DNA from: Octopus vulgaris
Taxonomy: Eukaryota
DNA length: 64,000 nt
Direction: 5' to 3'
NCBI GenBank assembly: GCA_951406725.2
Contig: OX597814.1
Coordinates: 64,108,001 to 64,172,000, forward strand
Below are positions 1 to 12,853 of the stretch, piece by piece; the stretch's first letter is position 1, and every line of letters starts with the position of its first letter. The translations under genes and the position numbers were made by a program. The notes below the pieces were generated by a model that saw only the letters and a list, made by a program, of their open reading frames with translations, was not told where the DNA came from and made no database searches.

Positions 1-1064
1 CGTTTCCACTACGACTTGAAAGAGTCAGACTCGAATAGAAATCGTCCGGTAATTACCATTTGAATGGAAATTTTGTTATCACTATAAAACATATATTACT
101 ATGTTAGTACCACTCCCTTGAGACCCGTGAAAGATATAGGATACCTCATAAGGTATTCAGTGGTGGCGTTAATGAATATGTTACGCGTTAATATAATGTG
201 GTATCTTTATTAATTTATATTGAATTATACATAGATATATATAGAAACAAGATTTACACAGATATAAGAGTTAGAACTTGCGACCTGCCTGTCTTGTTCC
301 TTGGAAATTTTTGCCCGCCGTATTAAAAAGTTTCCCACCCCTGCTTTAGAGGAAGACAATCTGAAAAACCACTTAATAAATTCCAGGTAACTCAGCATCC
401 TATCCCTGAGTCTCTCCACTTATTCGCTATCTCTGTCTCTGTATCTGTCTGTCTATCTGCTCGTCTCTCTCTCTCTCTCTCCTTCTTTCCTCCCTTTTTT
501 TGTGTGAATCTTCGAATAAGACAGTTGGAAAGCAAAGCGTTCGCGTTCAGGTTCAAGTTATTAGCCCATCATTCAAATTAACTCTTCATCTAGAGACATG
601 GTGACTGATTCTCGTGGCTATTGAAGAGGTTGTTATTGAATTTGGACAATATATTCGCCTTTACAATTATTCAATGTCTAAGAATTTTATTTTCTAATAG
701 AAATTAATGTTTATTCCCCTAAGTATATATACACGCATAATCGAGTATATATACTTAGTGATTTATTCGTATCTACTTCAACAAGTAAAAGGAAGTTTGT
801 TTCGCTGATGAGTTCACAATAATACAAAATTATATCCTGAACAAGCTTACCAGAATTTGTTTCAAAGAAATTATCGGAATATCAGATTGAATTCTATTGA
901 TATTTGTTAGTTTTAAGATACATTAACATACAAAACTTTCACAGCATATGTATACATAATAATCTAAAACATACATCTATACATACATACGTGCATAAAT
1001 ACATGCGTATAAAAATCAGAACATGCCTATATGTATCATTATTTGTGTTTCTTCTAATATCCAG

Positions 1065-1269
1065 GCACAAACACTACAATTCTATGCGAAGCGAACGGAC
1101 GTTGGTCAATGGTTGATGCTTATTGCTTAACCTTTTGCCTGTCTCCTCTCCCACGTCCTCATGCTCAGTTAATGACTCGCTCTTGCACTCATGGCATCCA
1201 ACAAGCTGGAACTAGATGCAGATTTCGCTGCAAGAAAGGGTTTCATACAGAAGGATTACATACAAAACG
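1065..1269 (+). CDS. PAPPA: Pappalysin-1-like exon A (end of CCP2, start of CCP3); upstream exons lie outside the window
   Basis: Acceptor ctaatatccag|, donor cg|gtaggt. Translates (G)TNTTILCEANGRWSMVDAYCLTFCLSPLPRPHAQLMTRSCTHGIQQAGTRCRFRCKKGFHTEGLHTKR, matching recalled human PAPP-A GNNSLLTCMEDGLWS..CLAPPPVPNADL..CKYKCKPGYH in Cys/Trp spacing. Confidence 0.93.
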
Positions 1270-1649
1270 GTAGGTCATATAGTATTTATTTGTTTATTTA
1301 TTTATTCTGTGAAAGTATCTGGAATTTTTTAAAATTCTTATTTATTTACTTTTCTGAGTGAGACAGGTTATTCACATTAAATTTATGAACAAAGACTGTC
1401 AATATCCTCACTATCATCATGTCGCCTTAGTCATTCTCGCCCTTCTTCTCTCCCTCATTCTGACTGTCGTCGTCATCATCAATTTCATCATCAGATGATG
1501 ATTTTTGGAGCATATTACGACGGTCAGCCAGGTGTACAGTTTTGTTTTTAATATCACTACAATATCTATATGTAATCGATAGCAGCTACGCCAATGCTCA
1601 ATTTATTGACGATCTTCATGGTTGCCTGCTGAAAATCACAGTAACCTGA

Positions 1650-2700
1650 AGGCATTCCATTTCGTATAAGCTGAGGAATGGTAACACTGTCCGAGAAATA
1701 CCCAAACAAGCATATGATGGACGACTTCAGGCCATAACACTGATCTGTACTAATTTAAAGATTCGCCAAGAGGTTGATTCTTGCCAAGAAGTACAAATAT
1801 GTGCGATATCCAGAAGATATATCTCCGGTAGCCTCTACTTCATGTAATACATCGTATAACGTGTCGGCTTTTGATCTTATTTCGGTGAGACATTCATCAA
1901 TTTAGATCAGTATAAAACGTACGAGAAAATTGACCCTTTCAAAACATAACTGCTTTCGGTCCTGCCTCCAGGATCTAGCTCACAACAATGTACAGCGGCC
2001 TCTGTTTAATAGTTGAACTGAATAGTTACTTAGCAGAGCAGTTTATAATATGCGCTCGTTCCGCCCTCGCTTTCGTCTCTCATGTATCTTTTGAGCGCTA
2101 CCGCAAAAATAAGCATTTATGGTATCCTTATCAAACTTGGATATAAGATAGCATTGTCTGCCAGCATAAATAGAGGAAGTTACTATCTTAGTGTGAAACA
2201 CAGAAAACTAAGATGGACGGCACTATCTGAGGGTGTACCAGGAATTAATGGATCATGAATTATAGCGAGAGTCAAATGACTTTCAAATCACCACTAAGCA
2301 AAGTAAGTCCAACTGGGACAACGGCTTCTGTCATTCGTAGATGGTATTGTTGATATGATTGCAGTCTGTTTCAAACTAGATCTCCAGGTGGATAAAAACT
2401 GGGGAAAGTGTACGGAGATTGTCACAGGAATCACTCGAAATGGGTTCAGAAAAACCGGGTGGGTATTGCTATTGTCTACATTGCTTCGATAGTTTACTAT
2501 CACCAAACCGTCATAACCTGCACCAGGAAGCATCTTACCTGCGTTGTATACTCTTTTTCCTTCTCTGGAAAGGATAGATTCCACAGATTCGTGTGTCCTG
2601 AACAAGTGTGGTCACCGTTTCTGCTTATGCTTTTGTTGTTTACCGCAGACGTACAGATTTACAGAGCTCTCTCAGAATGTGATTTCCATAGGCTGTTTAA
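1650..2700 (+). mobile_element. Degenerate L1/Tx1-clade LINE reverse transcriptase remnant
   Basis: Frameshifted RT motifs DDFRP-ITLICTNLKI, FINLDQYKTYEKID, LDLQVDKNW and VYIASIVYYHQTVITC; many stops. Confidence 0.7.
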
Positions 2701-3294
2701 CGAAAATTTTGCTTCCATTTCTCACCCTGGATAACTGAAAAGTGGATCTTGGCGTTGTTTAAAATCCTGCCCCATTTCCAATAAAGAAAATATATTTATC
2801 CTGAGATTTTTTTCGCCGTATATTGGATTTGTCTTTTTTAAACACTTTCTACTGTTTTGCCCTTATCTGAATTTCTTCATAAAATGCTTTTAGTTTTAAG
2901 CTTGTACTTTATTATATGAAGAGAACAGTTTTATTTTCATGTTACGAAAATAATGATGAAACAATAGGTAGTGTTTCGTACAAATGATCCGGAAAATCCT
3001 TTAGTTTCTAAGTTCAAATTTTGTTCAGGTTGACTTTGCTTTCTATCTTTCCGAGGGTAACAAAATAAGTATTGGATCAATGGAAGTCGACTGTAATCAT
3101 CAGTAAAATATATGGGCTTGTGATAAAGCAAAGATTCATAGAATCCAATCTGAAGGAAGTCAATTAAATTATTAGTCATATAAGGTTGATTTCAATCGGC
3201 TATACCTATCTCCTTAAACGTCTAACAATGTTTTAATGTGAGGAATCATTTCCCTTATAGATCCCTGTATTCTTATTACTTCTTCTTATGAATG

Positions 3295-3510
3295 CAGTGA
3301 GATGAAGAATCGTTAGCAGGCTGGACAAAATATTTAACATTATTTCGTCCCTCTATACGTTCTGACTTTAAATTATGCCGGGGTCGACTTTGCCTTTAAT
3401 CTTTTCGAGATCGATAAAATAAGTACTAGTTAAGCGCTGAAGTTGATGTAGTAGTCAATTCTCCTCCCCGCAATATTTCAGGTATTGTGCCTATAGTAGA
3501 AAGGGCTATT
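3295..3510 (+). mobile_element. tRNA-derived SINE, family 1 (MetaSINE-like core)
   Basis: gtcgactttgcctttaatcttttcgagatcgataaaataagtac core. Related copies near 13170, 13452, 14140, 14370, 14844, 25470, 25855 and 47173. Confidence 0.75.
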
Positions 3511-4018
3511 ATTACTTTATAATTAATTTTTGGTTGAGGCAGATCTCATTAAATTCTGGATCATCTCATTAAACTTGGTGTTATGGTGTGGTTTATCTTC
3601 AAAATGAAAATAGTAGCTGCGAAACTTGGGGAGTGTGACTGAGTAGAACTGTCCCAGAAGGGGAGACAGATGTATTGCACAGATTTCATGGAGCTCATAT
3701 GCAACTAACTGGTTCGTAGGCCTAGAAATAGCAGTAGAAAAACCGGAAAGAAAAAGGGAAAGCAATGCAACTCTCGGCCGAAAAAGAAAGAAAAATCACA
3801 TGACGTCTTATTCGGTACAATCTAAGATTTGTGTAGAAGCATCGTTGTGTCAGAGCTCTTAGCAATTCTCCATTGCAGCTTTGACAAAATGGTCATGATA
3901 GAGGACGAATCCAGAAAGCCAAATTTTATTCCAAATGTAATGTATTTTGTCCATATGTTTGCCATATCTCTGGATCATCATATAGTTTTTATTAAAAAAT
4001 TTTAATTATTATTTCCAG

Positions 4019-4184
4019 ACGGAGTTTACACATGACTTGTCGGGAAAATGGACAATGGTCTGGCAGGAGATGTGCACGTGTAAAATGTGCTACGATAGCA
4101 CCAGAATTTACTAGAATGTATAACTGTACGGAACAAAACTATGAAGGCAGCAAATGTACGTTAACATGTCCAGGTGAGAGAAAA
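4019..4184 (+). CDS. PAPPA: Pappalysin-1-like exon B (CCP3/CCP4)
   Basis: atttccag| ... aaa|gtgagt, phase 2 in and phase 0 out. RSLHMTCRENGQWSGRRCARVKCATIAPEFTRMYNCTEQNYEGSKCTLTCPGERK. Confidence 0.93.
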
Positions 4185-4234
4185 GTGAGTATCAAAATTA
4201 ATGCTTCATTTTCTATAAAATTGTAGAATTATAT

Positions 4235-4317
<83 letters not shown>

Positions 4318-5439
4318 TGTATTTATGTATTTCTTCGTAAAAATCAGTAGAACGAAGATGTAGCACATGTGACACTTTTTAAGATCTTCGAGATTAATAG
4401 GGTAATGAAGACAGGAACCCTGATTCACGAGGCAAGATAATCTTGTTTCACTGTTTGCAGCGCGGTATGCACCGCGAAAAGTAACCGAGTGGCAAGGGAT
4501 TGCCATCAGACAGAAATATAAATCAAGTCTAACACATATCTATGAACATATATGTTTGTGTATGTGTGTCTGCATGTGCATGCATATACATATGTACATA
4601 TGTGTGTGTATACATATGTATAGTATATGTATGTGCGTGGGTATGTGTATATGTATGTGTGTGTGCATGTGTGTGTTTATGAGAGTTGATTTTAGCCGTG
4701 AGAGTGTGGGATAAAATAGATTACGTCATATGCTCTGACTCACTCCGTATGTTCGGAGCTCAAAACACGCTCAGATCATCCTTTTGGTGTCGGCAGAAAA
4801 AATAATAGTGAAGTGCTTGTGCGGGCTTCCTTTGCCCAACATCTAACATTCTGGATGTTTCTCTGGACAAAAGTAAGAGGAGATTGCGTGTACGGCTATT
4901 CTCAACTACACAGAAGGAACCTAAACCAATTAAGTACACATAGTACTCCCTCATGAGCCCAGGTTCTGAGTGATGGCTATGGTAAACTACACACACGCGC
5001 GCGCGCGCGCATGCATGCTTTCACTATATGTTTTAAGGCATCATTTTAGCCACGAGTGAGCATAAATGCTCTTGGTTCTCCCAAACTTGACCCAACGAAA
5101 ATATAAAATTGTGAAAGATAGAATGTCGGCAAAAGTTCCGATTGGAGTCAGTGATAGATAGAGCTCAGACAGTACAAGATAGCAAACCAATAAGCAAATG
5201 AACAGCAATAAGCACAGACATATACACCTAGATATGTGTGCAAAAGAGTTATGATTGTGTATGTGTATTACTTGGACACACAAACACACACATATCATCA
5301 TGTGTGAATATATATGCATGCTTGTGTGCGGTATGTATTGTTAATATGTATATATTAACATATTTGATTCTGTGTGGAGAGAAAGAGAGAATAGATATAC
5401 AGATACATCGACAGATAGACAGACAGATAGATTTATAGA

Positions 5440-5690
<251 letters not shown>

Positions 5691-6732
5691 TAAAGACTGA
5701 GTTGAAGAGTGGCTCAGTCTCTTAATTAATATCGTAAATAATTTCTTCGTAAAATTTTGGAATTTAATTTAGTAAACTCTCGTAATCCATTTAGAACTAA
5801 TTTGTCTGTGTAAGGAAACACAAAAGTACATAAAATAATGCACGCATTATGGAAAGTGTATGTGTGTGTATATATATATAGATGTATGTATGTATGTATG
5901 TATGTATGTATGTATGTATGTATGTATGTATGTATGTATGTGTGTGTGTGTATGTTTGTATGTATATGTAGTTATCTTTATATTCGTCTGCATATGTGTG
6001 TGTGTCTGTGCGTGTGTGTATGCATGTATGTATTTGCATGCATTTTTTAAACTGCCATAAGTAAATACGCTACCGTTTAGATAGGTGATTATATCAAGCA
6101 AGCTGCATCCTGGGTGGGTAGGCGTTAGGTTTTTGCTGGACCAGAGGCTGACATTACATCCCTCTATAATTACCGTCTGATTAATCAGGTGACATTCGTA
6201 CCAACATTATAATTAAGATATTATTTCTTTCCGATTCTCTCAAAACTGTTACATTATAATACCTTAGCAAATAAAACAAAAATAACCACTGATGTCTTAA
6301 CATTCAGACCACCTAAACTGAAAAGCTCTCCCAAGAGATACCTTTCATCACGACATAATAAATCCCCTCGTATAAAAGAGTACTTCTAACCGTTATGCTT
6401 GACATAGGAAATGCATTATTAGCTCAAGGCAGCAGACAGAGCAGAAGAGAAGAAAGATAATTAAAAAAAGGGGGTCTAGTTCATCGGGTGCATTGTATAA
6501 TCTGTATGTTACTGTTGTATAGCCCTAGGTCTGAATAATCGACCATATTCGTTGCATACATGTCGTCTGTCGAAAGGCAAGGCAAGACTCAAAGATCCAT
6601 TTTCCTAGTTATACTATATCTTCGTTTAGTTCTCGACCATATTTTATTTTCCCTTGCAGTAATAAATTGTATAGAATGCTGTGTGACAGTCTACATGTAA
6701 TATATATAGTTTTTTTGTGGGATGGGGATGTT

Positions 6733-6791
<59 letters not shown>

Positions 6792-6904
6792 CTGTATGTT
6801 TTTCAAATTATAGGCAACGCAACACAGACTTTAAAGAAAGCCTTCACTATAATGACAGGTTGTTGTTGTTTAGAGAGGGAAATATGAATATTTGTGTGCG
6901 TGCG

Positions 6905-6971
6905 TGTGGGGATATGTGTTAAGAGTGCGGGTTACTAACTCCATGATTCAGAGTTTGATTTCAGGCATTGA

Positions 6972-7042
<71 letters not shown>

Positions 7043-7250
7043 TTAATAACAGCAACAACAACAACAACATCGAAAAATACCTTAGGAATGAGAACCCAGG
7101 TTCGAAATTTCCCCAAGACACCTGATGAAGGCTAGAGGGTATATCAGCCGAAACGTTGTGTTAACAACAAACAAGATGAGGACAAATATTCGTCAATTGT
7201 AAATAATGGAAATAATGTATGTAATTCCTCATCTCTTAGATATAGAACTG
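6905..7250 (+). mobile_element. Composite SINE-like element: degenerate tRNA head, (AAT)n(AAC)n, hammerhead-bearing tail
   Basis: gtgttaagagtgcggg..gagtttgatttc (eroded A/B boxes), then (AAT)n at 6976-7040, then a tail containing the hammerhead at 7117. Confidence 0.6.
7117..7162 (+). ncRNA. Minimal type I hammerhead ribozyme (Penelope-type), intact core
   Basis: gacac-CTGATGA-a-ggct(agagggtatatc)agcc-GAAA-cg-tt^gtgtt: stem I gacac/gtgtt, stem II ggct/agcc, palindromic AACGTT at stem III. Confidence 0.85.
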
Positions 7251-7374
7251 TACTACTTTATTATCTCTCCTTCTTCCTAGCTCTTCTGTGTGACCCATGT
7301 GTCCGGCATTCTCCAGGTTAGATCGCTAGCCCCGAAACCTTTTTCTATTTCCTCTCCCTGTTTATTTCTGTGTT

Positions 7375-7412
7375 CTTTTCTTTCGAAGAGCATAGGCTCG
7401 AAACGTAAAAGA
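7375..7412 (+). ncRNA. Variant or damaged hammerhead in a short repeat family (about 7265-7500)
   Basis: ctttt-CTTTCGA-a-gagc(atag)gctc-GAAA-cg-ta^aaaga. Same family as 38992-39029; a tail-only copy is at 16050-16130. Confidence 0.55.
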
Positions 7413-7522
7413 CTTTCTCACTTCCTGAGCGTTAAACTAATACATCTGTTTGTTGTTTACACACCCGTCTTCGTCTTTTGTTTTGTGTAAATTCTCACTA
7501 TAAATATACATACATACATACA

Positions 7523-7573
<51 letters not shown>

Positions 7574-7589
7574 GTGTGCACGTGTGTGT

Positions 7590-8165
7590 GCGCGCGCGTG
7601 CGTATATATATGAAGACAATGCATGGAGGTGATTCCCGAACATTTGAAGAAGATTATAACATTGAGTAACATTGATACGAAGCGAAACCTCTATTGGTCT
7701 CGTGACTACTACATCACATCACAATTCCAAGGCTATGCCTTTGCAATCCAAGGAGAGGAGATTGTTACTAAATACCTAATCAACAAAAGAGACAGTGAAG
7801 CCCCTGGAGTTCCAAGATGCAACCGAAAATGTAGATTATGTCATATTTCTGTGGAATACATCACGCGTGTCATTACCAGCTACCCAAAGATATCAAGATG
7901 CTACCTTCCTATGCGATAAGACGTTGTCGCAAAAATAATTCACGATGCCATTCGCACTGTACTGGAACAAATTAAGAGATTCCCCTTGTTATTGAATATG
8001 GACATAGATATCAGCACAAAGAATACTGGTGGATCATTCCCATCAAAACATCTGTCGAGTGTAAGCATAACCTGTCAGATATCGTTGTTTGGGACAGACA
8101 AAAAAAGCCTGTGCCCTCATAGAGGTCAGTTTGTCCTGCTGATGTGAATATCTCTTTGAAAATCT
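7590..8165 (+). mobile_element. Degenerate R4/Dong-like non-LTR element (CCHC finger and RLE endonuclease)
   Basis: CRLCHISVEYITRVITSYP, MR*DVVAK (RHD motif), EYWWIIPIKT..HNLSDIVVWDRQ. Related remnants at about 23130-23650 (+) and 46640-47110 (-). Confidence 0.75.
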
Positions 8166-8580
8166 CTTTCTCCTCGCTCCTTCCCTTTCTCACTCTCTCA
8201 ATTTCTTTATATCTCCCTTTCTTACCCTCCCTCTTTCTCTCTAAACGTGTGAGTGTTATGTATGTGTATGTGTATGTGTGTATTATGTATGCATTATGCA
8301 TATGTGGAGAGAGAAAGCAGAAAGACAGAGATATACATACGTATACATAATTTGATAGAGCATTAGTCGGAAACTATTCATTCCTTATAAGTTGCTCTGT
8401 TTCATATTTATGCATGAATAATCGATATAACCTTACGTGTGTTTACACCAACCATCCTCGATCTATCTATCTCTATTGCTACCTCAGTCATATAACTCCC
8501 TATCTTTTCGTTCATACGTCCGTATACTCGGATAATAAATTCCAATAACCAAACTCTCCATTCATGCCAATTCTTTGCAG

Positions 8581-8722
8581 ATTCAGAAGATTAAATGCTT
8601 ACAAAAAGGTATTTGGAGTTCAAACTTTAAAATGTGCCATTTTCCAAAAACATCCGCGTGTCCATTACCATTGCTACATGACCATCGTCTTCGTAAGAAG
8701 AATTGTCACAAGCGGTTTGTTG
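8581..8722 (+). CDS. PAPPA: Pappalysin-1-like exon C (CCP4/CCP5)
   Basis: ttctttgcag| ... g|gtgagt, phase 0 to 1. IQKIKCLQKGIWSSNFKMCHFPKTSACPLPLLHDHRLRKKNCHKRFV (compare VIHCRKDGTWNGSFHVC). Confidence 0.92.
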
Positions 8723-9360
8723 GTGAGTTTTCTGCCATTATACTTTTATTTGATTCTTTAATTTACCAGAAACCTACAGTGTACTTCTGTTACTGTAGGT
8801 ATTAGAGAAAAGAAAACTGCGTGTTTCTTCCTAACTAATAATCTTTACTCATAGATTATCTTTTCCTTCGCGTGAAATATAGATGTTCAGCAAAGTCCTA
8901 CAGATTGGCGACTCATAGAAACCATGTGCATAGTAATATTCGAATATGCTTACATAGCTTTCTTGTATTCCATTTCGTGCGGGAGGGTGTCTAGGTAAAT
9001 TTAACTTCAGTTTCAGGGTTCCAGGATTAAAGTTTCAGAATCAATCTGAACCATGCCCATCACCTTGTCCATCTAGTACATAGCGAGTTACGAAAAAACA
9101 ATCCTGCCTCTGAAGATTGGCCGATGTCGACTATGCTGTCAGGTTGTGTTAGATTATCTTTTTTTGGTCTAAATTGAATCAATGAAAGATCTAAATCAAA
9201 CCCTCTGTTCATAAATTGAATAGCCATTTAAGCAATAATTTAATTATTATTCAAAAGGCTACTAAAAATATTAATTATGTATTGTGCAGATCTACATAGG
9301 CAATTATTAACTATATCTTCTTTGTCCTTGATCTATCTTTGGTTCATGCAATATGATGTC

Positions 9361-10469
9361 TATAGATGTATACATCAGATATGATAGTAACAAGTGTGAG
9401 GTGAGAACTGGTTCTATAAAATTCAATGGTATCCATGAATTATCTGCCATTACCTCATGCTATGTCCTCGCGGACGCATACCCAAATACGCGTGTTTGTG
9501 ATTAGTTTTCTTTGTGGAACGGGGAACAGTAAAACAAATCAGATCAATAAGTAACGAAAATGCGAGGCTGGAGATGAAAATGTGCTGCTTTATAGAAATC
9601 TGCAGAGAACAGAGGTTACGTCCCGAAGAGTGGACATAATATCAGCATGTTCTTGTGTGTATCGTTGAGGACACTGCTAAATAAGTGTGACCTTAGATAT
9701 CTGAAGTTGCATCCTTGGCTAGCTCGCTGTTTGGGATGTTTCATTTTATATCACAACCTTCTTTTTTCCCATGCTTATTTTCTCATAATCGACTTGTATG
9801 AACTTTTACTGGTTTCTGTAATTCACTCTTTGCTTTGTCTCCTCGACTGCTTCCCTCTTCTCAAATAAAGCTTTTTTTCTTTAGCATTATTGTTTTATCA
9901 TATTATTATTATTTTATTATTTTTCCGTTGTTTAATATAGGATCTACTTGTGAAATTATTTGCAATAGCCAGATGTTTCAACCTGTTTTACCTAACATGA
10001 ATGGTACGACTTTCACCAACAAGGACTACAATGTGAAGTTAACGTGCACCGGTATTTTACGTTGGTATCCTAATCCAAGCGATATTACATGCAAACAGAT
10101 ATGCCAAGTGGTACGTAAACAACAATTTTATATTATGTAAAAGAACAACCTTCCGCTAGCTACAGTTATTCATCTTCAGTTCTCGATAAATTTGTTGATT
10201 ATTTTAAATAAATCAAACACAATTTTATAGATGTATACATCAGATATGATAGTAACAAGCGTGAGATGATAACTGGTTCAATAAAATTTAATGGCATCCA
10301 TGAATTATCTGCCATTACCTTACGCTATGTCTTCGCGGACGCATACTCAAATAGGCGTGTTTGTGATTAGCTTTCTTTGTGGGGCGGGGAAGAGTAAAAG
10401 AAATCAGATCAATTATTAACGAAAGATGCGAGGCTGGAGAGGAAAATGCACTGCTTTATAGAAATTTGC
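9361..10469 (+). repeat. Two direct copies of about 240 bp (9361-9603 and 10226-10469) flanking PAPPA exon D
   Basis: Both begin tatagatgtatacatcagatatgatagtaacaag and end ctgctttatagaaat(c/t)tgc, with scattered substitutions. Confidence 0.92.
9941..10110 (+). CDS. PAPPA: Pappalysin-1-like exon D (CCP5)
   Basis: tttaatatag| ... gtg|gtacgt, phase 1 to 0. GSTCEIICNSQMFQPVLPNMNGTTFTNKDYNVKLTCTGILRWYPNPSDITCKQICQV (compare VVCTAGLKWYPHPALIHCVKGC). Confidence 0.93.
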
Positions 10470-11009
10470 TTCTAACAACACAAACTATTGTGCATCTAAA
10501 AGCATCTACGGCCTCCTTAGCCTTTTCGTTCAGAGGTTTGATCAATATGCAACCTAAACAACGCAGACTAAGAACATACTGATTCTATTAATACTAACGT
10601 TTAAGAGATGCATGGCAACCTATTCACTTTTAATAACACCTTAACAAAGGCAAAGCATCAAGGAAATGTGCTTGTAACTCATTCTTTCTAGTCATGAAGA
10701 ACACTAAGAAAATTTTCAAAATAGCCACAATTACTTAAGCGTCATTTGGAAACTGCATCACAAGTATTAGATTTACCTCGTGCTACGCCTAAAAATCTCA
10801 ATTAAGATGCACATTGAAGTATTGCACCAATATATATCAAAGGGCGCTAGAAACAACTATCCAGGAGCAACAAAAAAGTTCTTGCATTTATTGGTCATGA
10901 TTGCGATTACCAACACACTCCAAACATTAGCTCATAGATATGTACTTTCTTCTCTCTTTCTCCCTCCCTCTCCCTCGCACTCACGCACACACACACACAC
11001 ATATATATT

Positions 11010-11205
11010 CGTTTGTTTTGTTTCATTTAGATGGGGCACTACCTTGAAGGATTTAAGCTATAGTCGAACGAAACTTATATATTTGCGAGAGGTTTCAACA
11101 GTTTCCATTACAAGGTGTTGATGGGCTATTGTAGAAGATACTTGTCCAAGATGCTGCGCAGTAGGACTGAAGTCAAGCGAAAGTATTAAGCACACCGCCA
11201 TGCTT
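11010..11205 (-). mobile_element. SINE family 2, degenerate copy
   Basis: agaagatacttgtccaagatgctgcgcagtaggactga resembles the reverse complement of the head seen at 29585. Confidence 0.55.
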
Positions 11206-11218
11206 GCGTCTGTGTATG

Positions 11219-11249
<31 letters not shown>

Positions 11250-12670
11250 GTATAGGGGGCGTGTGTGTGTGTATGTGGTGGATGCATGTATATGCTATTT
11301 CGTTAAGAATTTCGCTTTTTGCCACGACAGTGTTCTGGGCACTATCGCGCAGTGCAACATTTTGGTAACACGCTTACCACCATCACCCTTACATTAAACA
11401 TTATAGAGTGAGAAGGAGTTTTCAGCAGAGACAAGTCTGAATTCACTCTTATAACCATGTTGATATATATGAATGTTGCCATATAGAATAAATGCTAGCG
11501 GTGGGAGAGGGGAATCGACTGTTGTTTGTCATGCATCAGGAGGTGAATGACACTTCAAGTTTGCAGGAAGATTTTGAATGTGCGCATTTTGATATTTAGT
11601 TCGTTTCTTACAAAATATAAGATTGTGATAAGGTTTTAACAGGTGTGAAATGTCTCTGCTAAAACTGAAACTATAACTGATCTTATTTTGAATCCATGTG
11701 TTCGTCTGATGATGTTGGTCTCACCTTCGTTCTTGATTTAAAAATACAATTCAAAAGGGCTGTGCTATGTACAAATTGGCGATGACGGAATGATCTGTTG
11801 TGTTAGCATGGGTAGCTTTTCAATGAATTCTCTCTCAACCGCTGACGGATGTCCAACTTCAAACCAAAGCCTATCAGTTACTTCAGTCTGTTTTGATATT
11901 CAGATAAATATTCCATTACATGTGAAGACTACTTGAGCTATAGCATAATTTTATGTTCAAATATCAGACAGAAAGTAGTCATACTATCCGACCAAGTATT
12001 TTTTCAACCTCAAATAAGCAACACGATGGTTATTTTCTTATTGCCCTGTTTTTAGTGTTACTTCCGCTAATCATGAAATAAAAGGCAAAAATTGTTTCAT
12101 AGTTTTTAACTACTTTAGCAGAATATTACATAACATTTTATCTCGGGTGTAAGCAACGAACGGGGTCGAAATCTATCAAATGAATAAATGCTTGATTAAC
12201 AACTTCAAGGTCAGAAATTCCTATATTATCTGCCCCATCTATATGCGTGGTCACACGAAATGAAGGCAATCATATATGTTGTCTCACATTGTCCTAGAAA
12301 TGAAAGTCAAATCTCCCTTCAATCATACGTTGCTGTCTAAAACATTGATGAACACTTTGGATATTCTCATTTAGATACAATATATCTAAAAGAAAGAATG
12401 AGCACGGCCTAGACTCCTTTCATTATAACTTTGTTCTATCCATATGGACCTGGAGTAAGACAATAATAACAATTGTATCAGTTTGTATTTGAGATACCTA
12501 ATGTTGGCGTTCCGTACTCAATTTAATAGTGGTCGTAAATGGAATTTTTCTGTCCAAACTGACTTCCTCGAAAGCATATTTTGATAGAATCTTTAGTATT
12601 CTAAATCTATATAATTTGTTACACCTTTTTAATATTTAGTTTTAATAATCCATTTTTAACTATATTTCAG

Positions 12671-12853
12671 AGGGCCTTAAAAGACGGCTGGTGTGACAGC
12701 TCTAACAATCGACCCTTTTGTGCATGGGACCAAGGTGATTGTTGCCCTTCGACGGTAAGAGGAGGCAAAATTCAGTTGGTTTCACCAACGTGTTCCGAAA
12801 AATGTGCTTGTAAAGACCCTAACGCCATCGAGAATAATAATCGATCCAAATAA
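12671..12853 (+). CDS. PAPPA: Pappalysin-1-like terminal exon (LNR3 and C-terminus)
   Basis: tatatttcag|RALKDGWCDSSNNRPFCAWDQGDCCPSTVRGGKIQLVSPTCSEKCACKDPNAIENNNRSK*, matching [26 protein letters not shown]...CACRDP. The five exons total 866 nt and all phases are compatible. Confidence 0.95.
   Translation, partial: RALKDGWCDSSNNRPFCAWDQGDCCPSTVRGGKIQLVSPTCSEKCACKDPNAIENNNRSK

Noticed and set aside
2294-2605. Minus-strand 103-aa ORF as an endonuclease fragment
   Set aside because: The plus strand gives a better, colinear Tx1/L1 RT match.
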